64,000 nt of DNA from Auanema rhodensis (Eukaryota; Animalia; Nematoda). The stretch covers positions 15,500,001 through 15,564,000 of the forward strand of contig OZ059896.1 in assembly GCA_964057225.1 (NCBI GenBank), in the 5' to 3' direction. Shown here in pieces: positions 33,297 through 46,112 of this stretch; within the stretch, counting starts at the first letter, position 1; every line of letters starts with the position of its first letter. Position numbers and translations under genes: made by a program. Under the pieces are notes generated by a model, which was given only the letters and a program-made list of their open reading frames with translations, did no database searches and was not told the origin of the DNA.

Positions 33297-36200
33297 ATGG
33301 ACCGTATCGAAACGGTTTTTAATACAAAATTCCAAAATTTCGTTCAAACTTTTGAAAAACTAGAGAGCCTTTTGGAAAACAAACAAAGTGAGGAATAGTT
33401 CTCTCTTTATTCCGACATTAACAACACTCTTGAACAGCTTCGCTTTCACGAATCCAATTTAGCTACCATAGCTTCACTTCAAATAGACCCTTTTCTTTCG
33501 GAATTTAATAATCGTATAAATAATTTAACAAACCAACATGCCGCAACTATAGAAAGAGCAAACAAAAAACTGTTTGAGCTCGAAACTAAAGTTGCTGGCG
33601 CACACTCGATCCCGGACTCAGACGATGAGACCGAACTAGCACTTACCGCACCGCATACAACCCTTTTTACATCACCGCGCATTTCGAAAACGAACATTAG
33701 CAAATTACTTTTGAAACCACCTCAACTTTCCATACCCACATTCAATGGAGATAACAAAACCTTTCCGACATTTTGGAGACAATTTAAAACGCTCATTCAC
33801 CAAGACCCTGACCTCAATAATAGGCAAAAAAGCATTTATTTAGCTGAAGCTCTTAAAGGTTCAGCACGAGTTCATCTTGAAAATAAACCATTAGATGGCA
33901 CTGCGTATGAACGTATTATATCTACTCTTAAAACCACTTACGCACCAAAACTAAAAGTTGATTACCGTATTCATGATGAACTGGTGAAATTACCTCCTGC
34001 AAAAAATGACCCCATGTCAGTTAGATCTCGCGTGAATGAAATCAGAGCACTTCTTGATCAGCTTGAGACTGATACACTTTATAATTCTGAAGACCCCGCT
34101 TGGGTCAAACTTATCACAACTAAATTTCCTATTGATATCATCAATATGCTCTGTTGGAGATCATCTAGGGCAACCTCTATAAAACAACTACTAAGAAACA
34201 TTGAGGAAACGGCCGACTCAATGGAAAATTTTTCAATTTATTCTTCTAAATCTCCTTTTATTCCGCAATACCATGCTCAAACTAATTCAATTTCTCCCTT
34301 GAAACATAACTCACATATTACAACTGTTACGAAAACCGAACGCCCATGCGTATTTTGTGACCAAAACGGACATCGATCCGCAAAATGTTTAACCATACAT
34401 AATCCTCAACAGAGGAGAGACATAATAAAACAAAAAAACAGGTGCTGGATTTGTTTCAGTCCTACACACACTAGCACTAAGTGTACCTTTGATAAATGTA
34501 AAATATGTAATAGAGATCATCACCCATCTCTTTGTCTCCCTCCTGCTTCATCAAAATCATCTAATAAAAAAGCAACCATGGGTATCAATTGCTCTATTTC
34601 GCAATCAACTCACACTCCACCTTCGCCCGCATATCTTATGACTTCTAAAGTATCAATTTTTAACCCCCATACAGGTAAGTTCCACACCAAAATATTGTTT
34701 TTCGACCCTGGAGCAACTCAAAGCTTCATTTACGAGCCGGCAGCCAAAGAATGCCAGCTCAAAACTTTAAAATCCCAATTAATCACAGCAACCGGTTTCT
34801 CCGGGAGCTGTGAGGCATTTAATTCTTTAACGGTCGAAGCAAGTTTAAAAACTCCATTTGGAAAAAATATCATACTTACGCTCCTCACCTCACCCAAACC
34901 TCTCACAGGAAAACTAAAGAGCTGTCAACTTTCTCTAAAAGACAAAGAAGCTCTAGAACAATCTAATATAACCATTACTAACCAATTGGTGGATGGTGAA
35001 TTATTCATTCCCGATATTTTGCTAGGTATGGATTGGTGTGATACAATCATACATGATACCAAACCTACTATACTTCCATCGGGATTGAAAGTCAAACATA
35101 CCCAGATTGGACCCTGTATTTACGGTAAGCAAATACCGAACGATAATATCGCAGCCATAAATACACTTATTGTTAACCCTGTGATACCAGAAGACGTTAT
35201 GATTAAACAACTTTTTGAAATAGATAACTTAGGAATTTCTCCACACGAAGGAGCCTTGAACCGATCGGAGCTATTCTTCAATGAATATACTTCGCTAATA
35301 AAATTCGACAAGGGTTTTGTTATGGCTCCCTTACCTCTTAAATCAAACGCCACAAAAATTCAATCCAATCGAAGCATGGCATTAGCCACTCTAAACAGAT
35401 TACAGAAATCTCTCAAAGAGGAACATAACCAGCTACAACACTATCATCAAACCATTATGCGATATATAGAGGAAGGTGTGGTGGAACAAGTTCCTCTTAC
35501 TTCAGAGAACTCTTTGCTCTACTACATGCCGCATAGAGGGGTATGGAAGCCCAACAAGAGCAAACCGCTGAGGGTTGTGTTTAACGCTTCAGCAAAGCAA
35601 AAAGGCCAACTCTCATTAAATGATGTTACGGAAACAGGTGAAAGTTTTAACAATAAAATCATAGATATTCTGATAGGGATACGGATCAAAAAGTACTTCC
35701 TCATGTGCGATATTGAGGGTGCCTTCACCCAAATAAGGATAACTAATGATCATAAAGATCTCTGCCGCTTTCTCTGGTTACGCGATCCTCACAAAGGTAC
35801 CACTCCAGATAACATTTTAGAATTAAGATTTAACCGACTGGCGTTTGGCATAACAGCCAGTCCGTCCATACTGAATATGTCACTCTACGCATTCTTGCAA
35901 AGCCTAGAGTCGCACTTAGTTCCGGAAACCCTACGGTACCTATATGTGGACAATATCTTCTACACGACAAACAGTTCAGAAGATTTACATAGCATATATG
36001 AAGAATCTAAGCAGATTTTTTCTCGAATATCTATGAACATAAGAGAGTATTATAGCAACTACACCAACTTCAACTCAACCGTACCAGACAAGGATAAACA
36101 TCCAGATCTGAACCCAAAAATATTAGGCATTAAACATTATTTAGATAAAGACATTTTTTTGATAAACTGTCAACTACGCACTCAGAACTCATTCACAAAA

Positions 36201-39200
36201 CGAGATCTACTCAGCAGTCTTCACAGTGTTTACGACCCTTTAGGAGTAGCGGCTCCCCTTTTACTGCATTTCAAACTACTACTACGCCAAGTAATGAATG
36301 GGTCTATAGACTGGAAAGAACAAGTGCCAAGCGATGTGGTCAATAGCTGGAATACAGTGAGTAATAAAATAGGAACAGCTACGATTCAGATTCCACGAAA
36401 GCTGACAGATACATCAGAATGCCGAGAGATTTGGATATTTGTAGACGCTAGTGTACTAGCTATTGCTGCATGTGCCTTCTGCACATCACCTACAACACGG
36501 AGTCCCCTGGTCATGAGTAAGATTGAATTAGCTCCAAAAAACAGAACATTGACAATTCCACGTTTGGAAATGTCTGCGATTCTCATGGGTATGAAAATGG
36601 CCGAAACCATATACAACAATTTACCAACACATGAGGTCTCCATCAACATCGCTTCCGACAGCCAGATAGCTTTATCTTGGCTGTTCACTAAAAAGAATAT
36701 ACCTGTGTTCGTAAGCAATTTACGCCAGAATACTGACCAAATTGCAAGAAAATTAGAGCTAAAAGGAGCCAATATAACGTATCACTACGTGGACACGGAT
36801 CATAATCCGGCAGACATAGGCACTAGAGGCACCACTGATATTGCCCTTCTTAAGGACAAATGGCTTTTTTCTCCTGGTTGGCTATTAAATAAGAACGATA
36901 GACCAGCAAAGGAATTTAGAACACCCTTAGAAGAAGAAGAACCTTCAATGCTTATACTACCAGTCACCACAAACAATCCTGTATTAGACAATCTTTTAGA
37001 TCCCAGCCGCTTCAGCTCATACTTCAAGTTACGCAGAATCGCTGGATTAGTTTTAAAAGCCGCACTGTATTTTTTAGGCAAACGCAACAAAACGCCAACA
37101 TCATATTTATTAAAAGCAGCAACAACAGAATGGCAAGTATCCCAGTTTATTAACACAACCGCTGAGATACTGCTTATAAAAGAAGCTCAGACTCATCTTT
37201 CAAATTCATATAAAAAACAATTTCGATTAAAACAGGATGGGAATGGACTAATCTGCATACAGACTCGGTTCACCAATTCATCACTTCCAACAAAAACTAA
37301 GTTTCCATATCTTCTTCCCAAAAAATCTACTTTAATCTACTATGGTAAACTCATTCTTATGTTCCTACACAGGACGAATGGTCATGCCGGAGTTAGCCAA
37401 TTACTGTACCTCTTTATGACAAGGTTCTTCATGACAGCGGCTAGACAAGTATGCAAATCAATAATAAAAAGATGTGTGCCATGTCAAAAGACTCTAAGTA
37501 ACCCATTTTCAATAGAATACTTTGCCCCGTTACCGGAGGACAGAGTGACGAGAGCTATGCCATTTAGACATACAGGCCTTGATTGCATAGGTCCCATAAA
37601 ATTCAGAAAAAATCAGCATATATACGTTGTGATATTCACCTGCCTTACTATTAGAGCCGTCCATTTAGAACCAATTAATGACATGAGTTCGAACTCTTTT
37701 ATCAATGCCTTCATTCGATTTGTAGCGCGGAGAGGTTTACCGCATGTTCTACGATCAGACAACGGGGCCAATTTCACTCATGCGGCCAAAATACTTCACA
37801 CATTAGAGGAACATAGTAGGGAACACCAGACTAATTTTATCAACTATATACAAAATCACAATATCACATGGATATTCAACACTCCCAGCGCTCCCTGGAC
37901 TGGTGGGGTTTGGGAGAGATTAGTTGCTATTACAAAGAATGCACTTGTGAAAACACTATCACTTAAGTTAATAGAAAAAGACCAACTAGTTACAGCAATA
38001 ATTAAAATAGAAGGAATCATGAACTCACGGCCCATCACGTATACAGATTCCGAGAATTTTCACGAGAATCCACTAACGCCAGCAGATTTTTTAACTCATG
38101 GCTCCCCCATACTCATACCAGGTGATAATGTAGACAGTTTAGGTGACAGACTCGACCTACCCAACACGATCGCAAGCAACAAACAAGCGTTTGAAAATTT
38201 ACAGAAAATCGAAATAATAGCCGAAGCATTCTGGAACACATGGTCACACGAATATCTTCTTACTTTAAGGCATGCACATGCATCAAGGAAAATGGGGCAC
38301 CATAACTTGCGACACCCATATCACAACGAAATAGTACTTGTAGAAGAGGACCATACAAATAGAAACAATTGGAATATGGCTAGGGTAATCGAACTAATTC
38401 CTTCTTCAGACAAAGTAGTTCGGACCGCCAAGATAAAAACAGGTAGCGGTAAGATATTGACAAAACCAGTAGAGCGATTATACCCTTTAGAACTTTTTGA
38501 TGAATTCACAGAAACTCAGCGAAAAACCGCACATATTAACCATGCCACCTATTCAACACACCCAAACACAAGGCATACGAATACGAATTTTTTGACTAAT
38601 ATCATGAAATTCTTATTATTAATACAACTATTTTTTGTCGCCACAGCTGAGCCATTATTCACCTGCTCATACTCTCATATACTATTTCCCGCACAAACAA
38701 AACCATCGACATTTTGTATTAATGGGGACTGTCATGATTTACCAGCCAACCAATCAAAAGATATTCAACTTCAAGTGTCTGTAATTCCAAAAACTACAGC
38801 AGTTACTCGCTACGACAAAGATAGGCGGCAAACTCAGATTTGTCATCTCCCCCACCCCTGCGATTTTCCTCCACCTGCGTTATTGCATATAATAGGCAAC
38901 CCACATTGTAACCCTTTCTTAGCTATTTTGATAGCTCTTACTCCAATAATAGGCTGCGCTCTTTTTTGCATTATCGGGGGTCTAATCTATAAAAAATTAC
39001 AAACACACCGCCAACAGCACACAATTTCGTACATCCCTTCTCTCTTATTCGCAATCTTTTATCTCACATGCCAAGCGCAAGCTTGTGGATCCCCCAACGC
39101 GCACAAACACATAGAATTCTTTTGCGACGATTTACACAATTGCACAAAAATAACCAACGAAGAAATTTCATTCAATCCCCTACAAAACTCTCTTTGCTCC

Positions 39201-40595
39201 TACATAAAATATCAAAACTCCACTATAGGCAAACTAGAAATTCAAATAATTCAGCAAAAATTTTTATGTCAAAAAGTTTCCCAAGGATTTACTCGCATTA
39301 CTAACCTAACTATCCACTCCTCTCATAGATGCGCCGGTACAACTCACTGCCCATGGGGCACCGGATGCGATGATATCCGACAGGATACTTTCGTAGCCGA
39401 ACTACATTCAGCTTACGAAAATCCTGGAAGAACCTACTGCACCAGAGCCGGAGGAGGCCTATTCAACAGCTGTGGACTTCCTATAGAAGGATGCATTTTA
39501 TTTAGGCCAACTTATCAGCCCGAAAACGAAGAAGTATACGAAGAAATAAAATGCATACAATGGAAACAGGAAGTGCAAGCAAAATTATTAATCACATACC
39601 TCAATAACACTCACCAATACGATATTTTCCTACAACCCTACCGAAAATATGAGTTTCACGGAATTTCATTACAGATTTCGTCGGTTACAACAAAAGCAAC
39701 GACGGAACTATACAACAAAATTTTTCTCACATCTGAGACTAAAAGCTACATGATACCGGAACAAATAAAACCAGCGGTAATATGCAGCAATGCACGAATC
39801 GCAGCAGATAAGTTTAATGCATGCCACATACGAAAGCCTTGCCCATGTTTGGGGGCCGCAGCGCAGCTCTCTTGCAATTGCGATTCAGCAACACAAAGAG
39901 AACTGAAAAAATATAAACTTCCACAAATTTATACAAATTATAGAATCACAAAAGAAGCAGGAACAATAACTGTTTTATCACAAATGGAAGAATCAACGCT
40001 CACAATGGAAAACCCGCAATTTAGCATCGAAAGCTTATATACTAATAGACATCCTTGTTCTTCAGATTTTCAAATGTTAACAGGATGCTACAAATGCAGA
40101 GAAGGAACAACGCTGAATATTACATGTGAAACAAAGGACGAACTGAATGCCATTCTGAACTGCGACTCCTTTTCTACTACAATACGATGCTCTGACCAAA
40201 ATCCCGCCACAACGGTCAAACTATATTTCAATGAACCCAAAGTACAAGAAAACTGTACTCTGACTTGCGGACGAGCAACAAAACAAATTATACAGCTAAG
40301 TACCAGACTACACTACATAAGCGACACTACCATTTTTTCAGAAGAATCGATCAAACTACATGATGGAACATCCGGACTATCATGGAATCTCCCGAATTTG
40401 GAACCGCTTTTCGACGTCATCCATGATAATTGGAAATGGATAGTACCTGCCGTAGCTGCAATCACTGCAGGTTCATACTTATTATACATAGCAGCCCCAT
40501 TCCTTACATCATTACTTCTTCCTGCTATACTCTCTTATTGCTGTGTGAGAAACTCAAACCGCAACCCTCGCCCGGCAATGTCGGCGAATGCCTGA
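33297..40595 (+). CDS. BEL/Pao Gag-PR-RT-RH-IN-Env polyprotein with one in-frame TAG at 33396-33398
   Basis: ATG 33297 is in frame with the 2294-aa ORF. Three zinc knuckles; FDPGATQSFI; YVDN; FVDAS/TIPRLE/NPADIGTRG; integrase GLD, SDNG, WER. Then a signal peptide at 38604, a Gn-like segment with TM, a Cys-rich Gc-like domain from ~39084 (HRCAGTTHC, GRTYC...SCGLPIEGCILFR, GCYKCREG) and a C-terminal TM. Confidence 0.9.
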
Positions 40596-40979
40596 CTAGA
40601 AATGAAATACAATAATTTAACCTAGAAACATAACTCTTCTGAAACTCTAAACCATTGTCTAATAACCTTGTAATTGTATCATTAACCTCTTGCGCAACAT
40701 TCTTAAAGGATATTGAACTTTTATCACCTCTATAGTTTACATTGACCTGACCTTTGTATTCAAATATCAAATATCACCTTCAAGCTAAATCATATATAAA
40801 GCCCAAGAAACCTTCACTCTCACTCTTAATTTAATTCTACCACTGAACTTATACCGATCTTATAATAAACCTTTCTCATTTAACTAACTGTTTGGATTCG
40901 CCACTAACTCATATTATCCCCATTAACCGGGGAACAACCGAGTATAGACGCTCGTCATTGGGAACATTAAAAACCCAGA
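40579..40979 (+). repeat. Element C 3' LTR (the ORF stop codon lies inside it)
   Basis: Direct repeat of 32652-33052. Confidence 0.94.
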
Positions 40980-43816
40980 CATACCACGTTGAAAGTACGC
41001 CATCCCGTTCGATCTGGCAAGTCAAGCAACGTTGGGCCCGGTTAGTACTTGAATCGGAGACGGCTTGGGAATCCCGGGTGCCGTAAGCTTTTCCTTTTTC
41101 TCATATTTTCATATAGTTTATCATCTTTAGTTACCTATATGGTATACGGTTAACTAGAAATGCTTTCGTTTTCCGAGAGAACTGTTAGACAGCTTTGCGC
41201 AGTGGCGATAACGTGACCAATGAGGCTTTGCCGAGGTGCGTTTATTGCTGGTTGAAAACTTTTCCCAATTACCCGCGATATTCCCTGAAACATGGGTGAT
41301 ATACGCAATTTTTGAATGCCTGATAAGGCTGATTAGCATATTATGGAAGATTGTTTCACGTGAAATGACGTCATTTTTCTCATGACGCGTCAATTTTCCA
41401 AACCAAATTAGAAGGAACGGTTGCACTCCATACATATTCCGAAAAGAAAGGTAAGCATTCGCTTACGACCATACCACGTTGAAAGTACGCCATCCCGTTC
41501 GATCTGGCAAGTCAAGCAACGTTGGGCACGGTTAGTACTTGAATCGGAGACGGCTTGGGAATCCCGGGTGCCGTAAGCTTTTCCTTTTTCTCATATTTTC
41601 ATATAGTTTATCATCTTTAGTTACCTATATGGTATACGGTTAACTAGAAATGCTTTCGTTTTCCGAGACAACTGTTAGACAGCTTTGCGCAGTGGCGATA
41701 ACGTGACCAATGAGGCTTTGCCGAGGTGCGTTTATTGCTGGTTGAAAACTTTTCCCAATTACCCGCGATATTCCCTGAAACATGGGTGATATACGCAATT
41801 TTTGAATGCCTGATAAGGCTGATTAGCATATTATGGTAGATTGTTCCACGTGAAATGACGTCATTTTTCTCATGACGCGTCAATTTTCCAAACCAAATTA
41901 GAAGGAACGGTTGCACTCCATACATATTCCGAAAAGAAAGGTAAGCATTCGCTTACGACCATACCACGTTGAAAGTACGCCATCCCGTTCGATCTGGCAA
42001 GTCAAGCAACGTTGGGCCCGGTTAGTACTTGGATCGGAGACGGCTTGGGAATCCCGGGTGCCGTAAGCTTTTCCTTTTTCTCATATTTTCATATAGTTTA
42101 TCATCTTTAGTTACCTATATGGTATACGGTTAACTAGAAATGCTTTCGTTTTCCGAGAGAACTGTTAGACAGCTTTGCGCAGTGGCGATAACGTGACCAA
42201 TGAGGCTTTGCCGAGGTGCGTTTATTGCTGGTTGAAAACTTTTCCCAATTACCCGCGATATTCCCTGAAACATGGGTGATATACGCAATTTTTGAATGCC
42301 TGATAAGGCTGATTAGCATATTATGGAAGATTGTTTCACGTGAAATGACGTCATTTTTCTCATGACGCGTCAATTTTCCAAACCAAATTAGAAGGAACGG
42401 TTGCACTCCATACATATTCCGAAAAGAAAGGTAAGCATTCGCTTACGACCATACCACGTTGAAAGTACGCCATCCCGTTCGATCTGGCAAGTCAAGCAAC
42501 GTTGGGCACGGTTAGTACTTGAATCGGAGACGGCTTGGGAATCCCGGGTGCCGTAAGCTTTTCCTTTTTCTCATATTTTCATATAGTTTATCATCTTTAG
42601 TTACCTATATGGTATACGGTTAACTAGAAATGCTTTCGTTTTCCGAGACAACTGTTAGACAGCTTTGCGCAGTGGCGATAACGTGACCAATGAGGCTTTG
42701 CCGAGGTGCGTTTATTGCTGGTTGAAAACTTTTCCCAATTACCCGCGATATTCCCTGAAACATGGGTGATATACGCAATTTTTGAATGCCTGATAAGGCT
42801 GATTAGCATATTATGGTAGATTGTTCCACGTGAAATGACGTCATTTTTCTCATGACGCGTCAATTTTCCAAACCAAATTAGAAGGAACGGTTGCACTCCA
42901 TACATATTCCGAAAAGAAAGGTAAGCATTCGCTTACGACCATACCACGTTGAAAGTACGCCATCCCGTTCGATCTGGCAAGTCAAGCAACGTTGGGCCCG
43001 GTTAGTACTTGGATCGGAGACGGCTTGGGAATCCCGGGTGCCGTAAGCTTTTCCTTTTTCTCATATTTTCATATAGTTTATCATCTTTAGTTACCTATAT
43101 GGTATACGGTTAACTAGAAATGCTTTCGTTTTCCGAGAGAACTGTTAGACAGCTTTGCGCAGTGGCGATAACGTGACCAATGAGGCTTTGCCGAGGTGCG
43201 TTTATTGCTGGTTGAAAACTTTTCCCAATTACCCGCGATATTCCCTGAAACATGGGTGATATACGCAATTTTTGAATGCCTGATAAGGCTGATTAGCATA
43301 TTATGGTAGATTGTTCCACGTGAAATGACGTCATTTTTCTCATGACGCGTCAATTTTCCAAACCAAATTAGAAGGAACGGTTGCACTCCATACATATTCC
43401 GAAAAGAAAGGTAAGCATTCGCTTACGACCATACCACGTTGAAAGTACGCCATCCCGTTCGATCTGGCAAGTCAAGCAACGTTGGGCCCGGTTAGTACTT
43501 GGATCGGAGACGGCTTGGGAATCCCGGGTGCCGTAAGCTTTTCCTTTTTCTCATATTTTCATATAGTTTATCATCTTTAGTTACCTATATGGTATACGGT
43601 TAACTAGAAATGCTTTCGTTTTCCGAGAGAACTGTTAGACAGCTTTGCGCAGTGGCGATAACGTGACCAATGAGGCTTTGCCGAGGTGCGTTTATTGCTG
43701 GTTGAAAACTTTTCCCAATTACCCGCGATATTCCCTGAAACATGGGTGATATACGCAATTTTTGAATGCCTGATAAGGCTGATTAGCATATTATGGTAGA
43801 TTGTTCCACGTGAAAT
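40980..43816 (+). repeat. 5S rDNA array, block 4 (rest of the interrupted gene plus 5 full genes)
   Basis: Uniform 490-bp units. Confidence 0.97.
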
Positions 43817-44182
43817 CGTTCCATTCGGAGACTCTATATATGTAACTGCAGGGTTAGAGCCAGACCGACTAGAGGAATGAGGAATGGCACCGCCTTCCCT
43901 CATGCCCCTATTCGGGAGTTCGCCCCTTTGCAAGCCCATGGACGGTTTGCATCTAACTTAGTTAATCTTATATATTAGTCTTTGTCTTGTAAATGTAGTT
44001 TACTTTATCCTTGTGTTAATGTATTGTAATGATATTGTATTGTGTATAATAAACCTATATATTTCCTTATCTTATGTAATCCTTATGCTCTGTTTCCATA
44101 CCGCTACACTTATGGAATACTATACGCGTAGTTGAGCAGACTACAATGGTCTGTTCAATATACGTAGGAGCATAATGGAACG
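43817..44182 (+). repeat. Element D 5' LTR (CGTTCCATT...AATGGAACG)
   Basis: Direct repeat of 55525-55890 with a perfect 9-bp terminal inverted repeat. Confidence 0.95.
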
Positions 44183-44195
44183 TGGAGGTTCCACC
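44183..44195 (+). promoter_or_regulatory. Primer-binding site for tRNA-Gln
   Basis: TGGAGGTTCCACC abuts the LTR; same sequence as in element A. Confidence 0.88.
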
Positions 44196-45165
44196 TCGAA
44201 CTCATTTTTGTCGCAAAAACTCGCATAAAAAGTCCATATTTTGATATCTAAATTAAAACTTCCTCCACGGTTAGCAACATAATGAGGGCGCCAACTTGTA
44301 TAAGGTGCAGGTACAAGGGATCTCTCTTTTAGAGAGCTAGGACTACATAATTTTGAAATTTCACCCGCTGTCCCCACTCATAAAACCGTCTGAGTGTCCA
44401 CCCTTATAATACCGTATCCTGCACCGCTTCTCTTGCATTTTTTTTTGAGGACGTTTGGATCGAAATAGGGGACAATTTCACCAAACGAAATTTTGATTAC
44501 ATTATTATTTGGCAACGAGGAGTTAGAATGAAATTTTGAAAGCGCACAAAGTTTAATATTTTATTGTGGTCAGGACTAGAGATTTGAAAGTTAAATTCAG
44601 GCGTAAAAGAGCATGCTAACTAAATATTTTTGCGGGAGCCGTTATTCGGTTTTTATTTTTTTTTTGATTGTGAGAATAGACCACACTAGTCCGAAAAATC
44701 CTGGCACAAATTTTATTGCCTGTCAGGTCATTTTGGCGAAAGCACATGGGCTACGGATGTTTTCTTCTCCGTAGAATGTGTCACCTTCCTCAGCTCATTT
44801 TTGTTGCTAACATCATAAGATATTCCCACACACCTACCGTAGTATTCATATTGTAATATTCTATAAATTAGTAGAATGGTTTAAAGAAAAAAATTGCGTT
44901 TTATAAACGAGCTTTGGTCTCAGTCCATTAGTAAAATGAGCAATCTTTTTAAATATTCTCGGAATCTCATTAGCATGCCAAAATCATTCCGAAAAAGAAT
45001 CGCCCACGGCTTTTAATAATAACGTGCACATGAGCCATTTTCCCAAGGCGCACGCACTCCTTCTTTATTAATAAGCTCGACCAAAGTTTGTGTTATGGAA
45101 AAAAAAAAAAAAGAGAGAGAGAACAAATGAGTGAAATTAAGTATTTATTATATATGAAACAATTG

Positions 45166-45699
45166 TTAAAAGCCCCATTTAAAATGCAACTGTCTCACAA
45201 ATTCTATAGGCTGTGAGATGGGCTCATCGCTAGGCTCTAAATACTGCGAATACACCGAATCCGCAGAGGTCCTTAGCAATAAGCCCATAGGAGACTGTTC
45301 ATAAAATAAATAAATTTTAAACAAAATTTTAGACATATAATCATAAAAATCATGAGACTTATGCTCATACCAATTCCAAGGGGATGCGACCAGATTTGGG
45401 TTTTCATACCAATGCGCGCACAAGTCGGTGAGGCACCATCGCCGGATAGCTGCAACCTCATCCGCTATTTCCTGCATTAGGGAGAAGTTTACTAATCCCC
45501 TTCCCAGATAATGCATCTTTAAATCCTCAATAAACTAAAAATTCTTATTAAGATAACATGTTTCTTTGTTTTAACCAACCATCTTAATTATGTCTGGGTG
45601 CGGCCTATAAGCTAACACTTCGTCTTGATCATACAAGACGAGGTCAGCGTACAGCTTCCTCAAGACAAAAGTCATTCCCGATAGACCTTCATAAGCCAT
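45166..45699 (-). CDS. Putative antisense spliced gene in the leader of element D (exons 45699-45580 and 45534-45166; ~162 aa), function unknown
   Basis: A 40-codon ATG exon, then a 45-nt GTTGGT...TTTTAG intron containing a stop, spliced in frame to ORF 45516-45166. Confidence 0.55.
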
Positions 45700-46112
45700 T
45701 CTTTGATTTATTTTTTTTTTTCAGCTCTACAAATATAAAGATTCTTATGCATAAAAAGGGGACATAAAACGACTGAAAATCTCTCTCATACTTTCAAGAA
45801 TTCAATTAGAGTAAAGTATTAAGATTGAGGCTAGAAAGAGCGAAGACCAAAAAAAATTTATAATTGATGAACATCTGTGAAATAGAATAAAGAAAAGAGA
45901 ATACGGTAGATAGGCGGAGCCAGATCTCAGGCCAAGATTTTAAAACTCTTTCTCATCTAATAACGATTCTCGGCGAAAGACGCCACGTCTCAATCTTCAA
46001 ACGTTTCTTACTTTTCCTATAACCGACCCGAATTTCTTGTCACTCATTCAACGTCAACATCCCCCATATAACGAAACACTCGCGGTTTTTCCGAACCAAG
46101 AGTGATTCCAAA

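Larger units (their letters stand above)
32652..40979 (+). mobile_element. Element C: BEL/Pao (Belpaoviridae) LTR element with a phlebovirus-like envelope, inserted in a 5S gene
   Basis: 401-bp LTRs with 1 visible mismatch; TSD CATAC at 32647-32651 and 40980-40984, which is 5S +10..+14. Confidence 0.95.
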
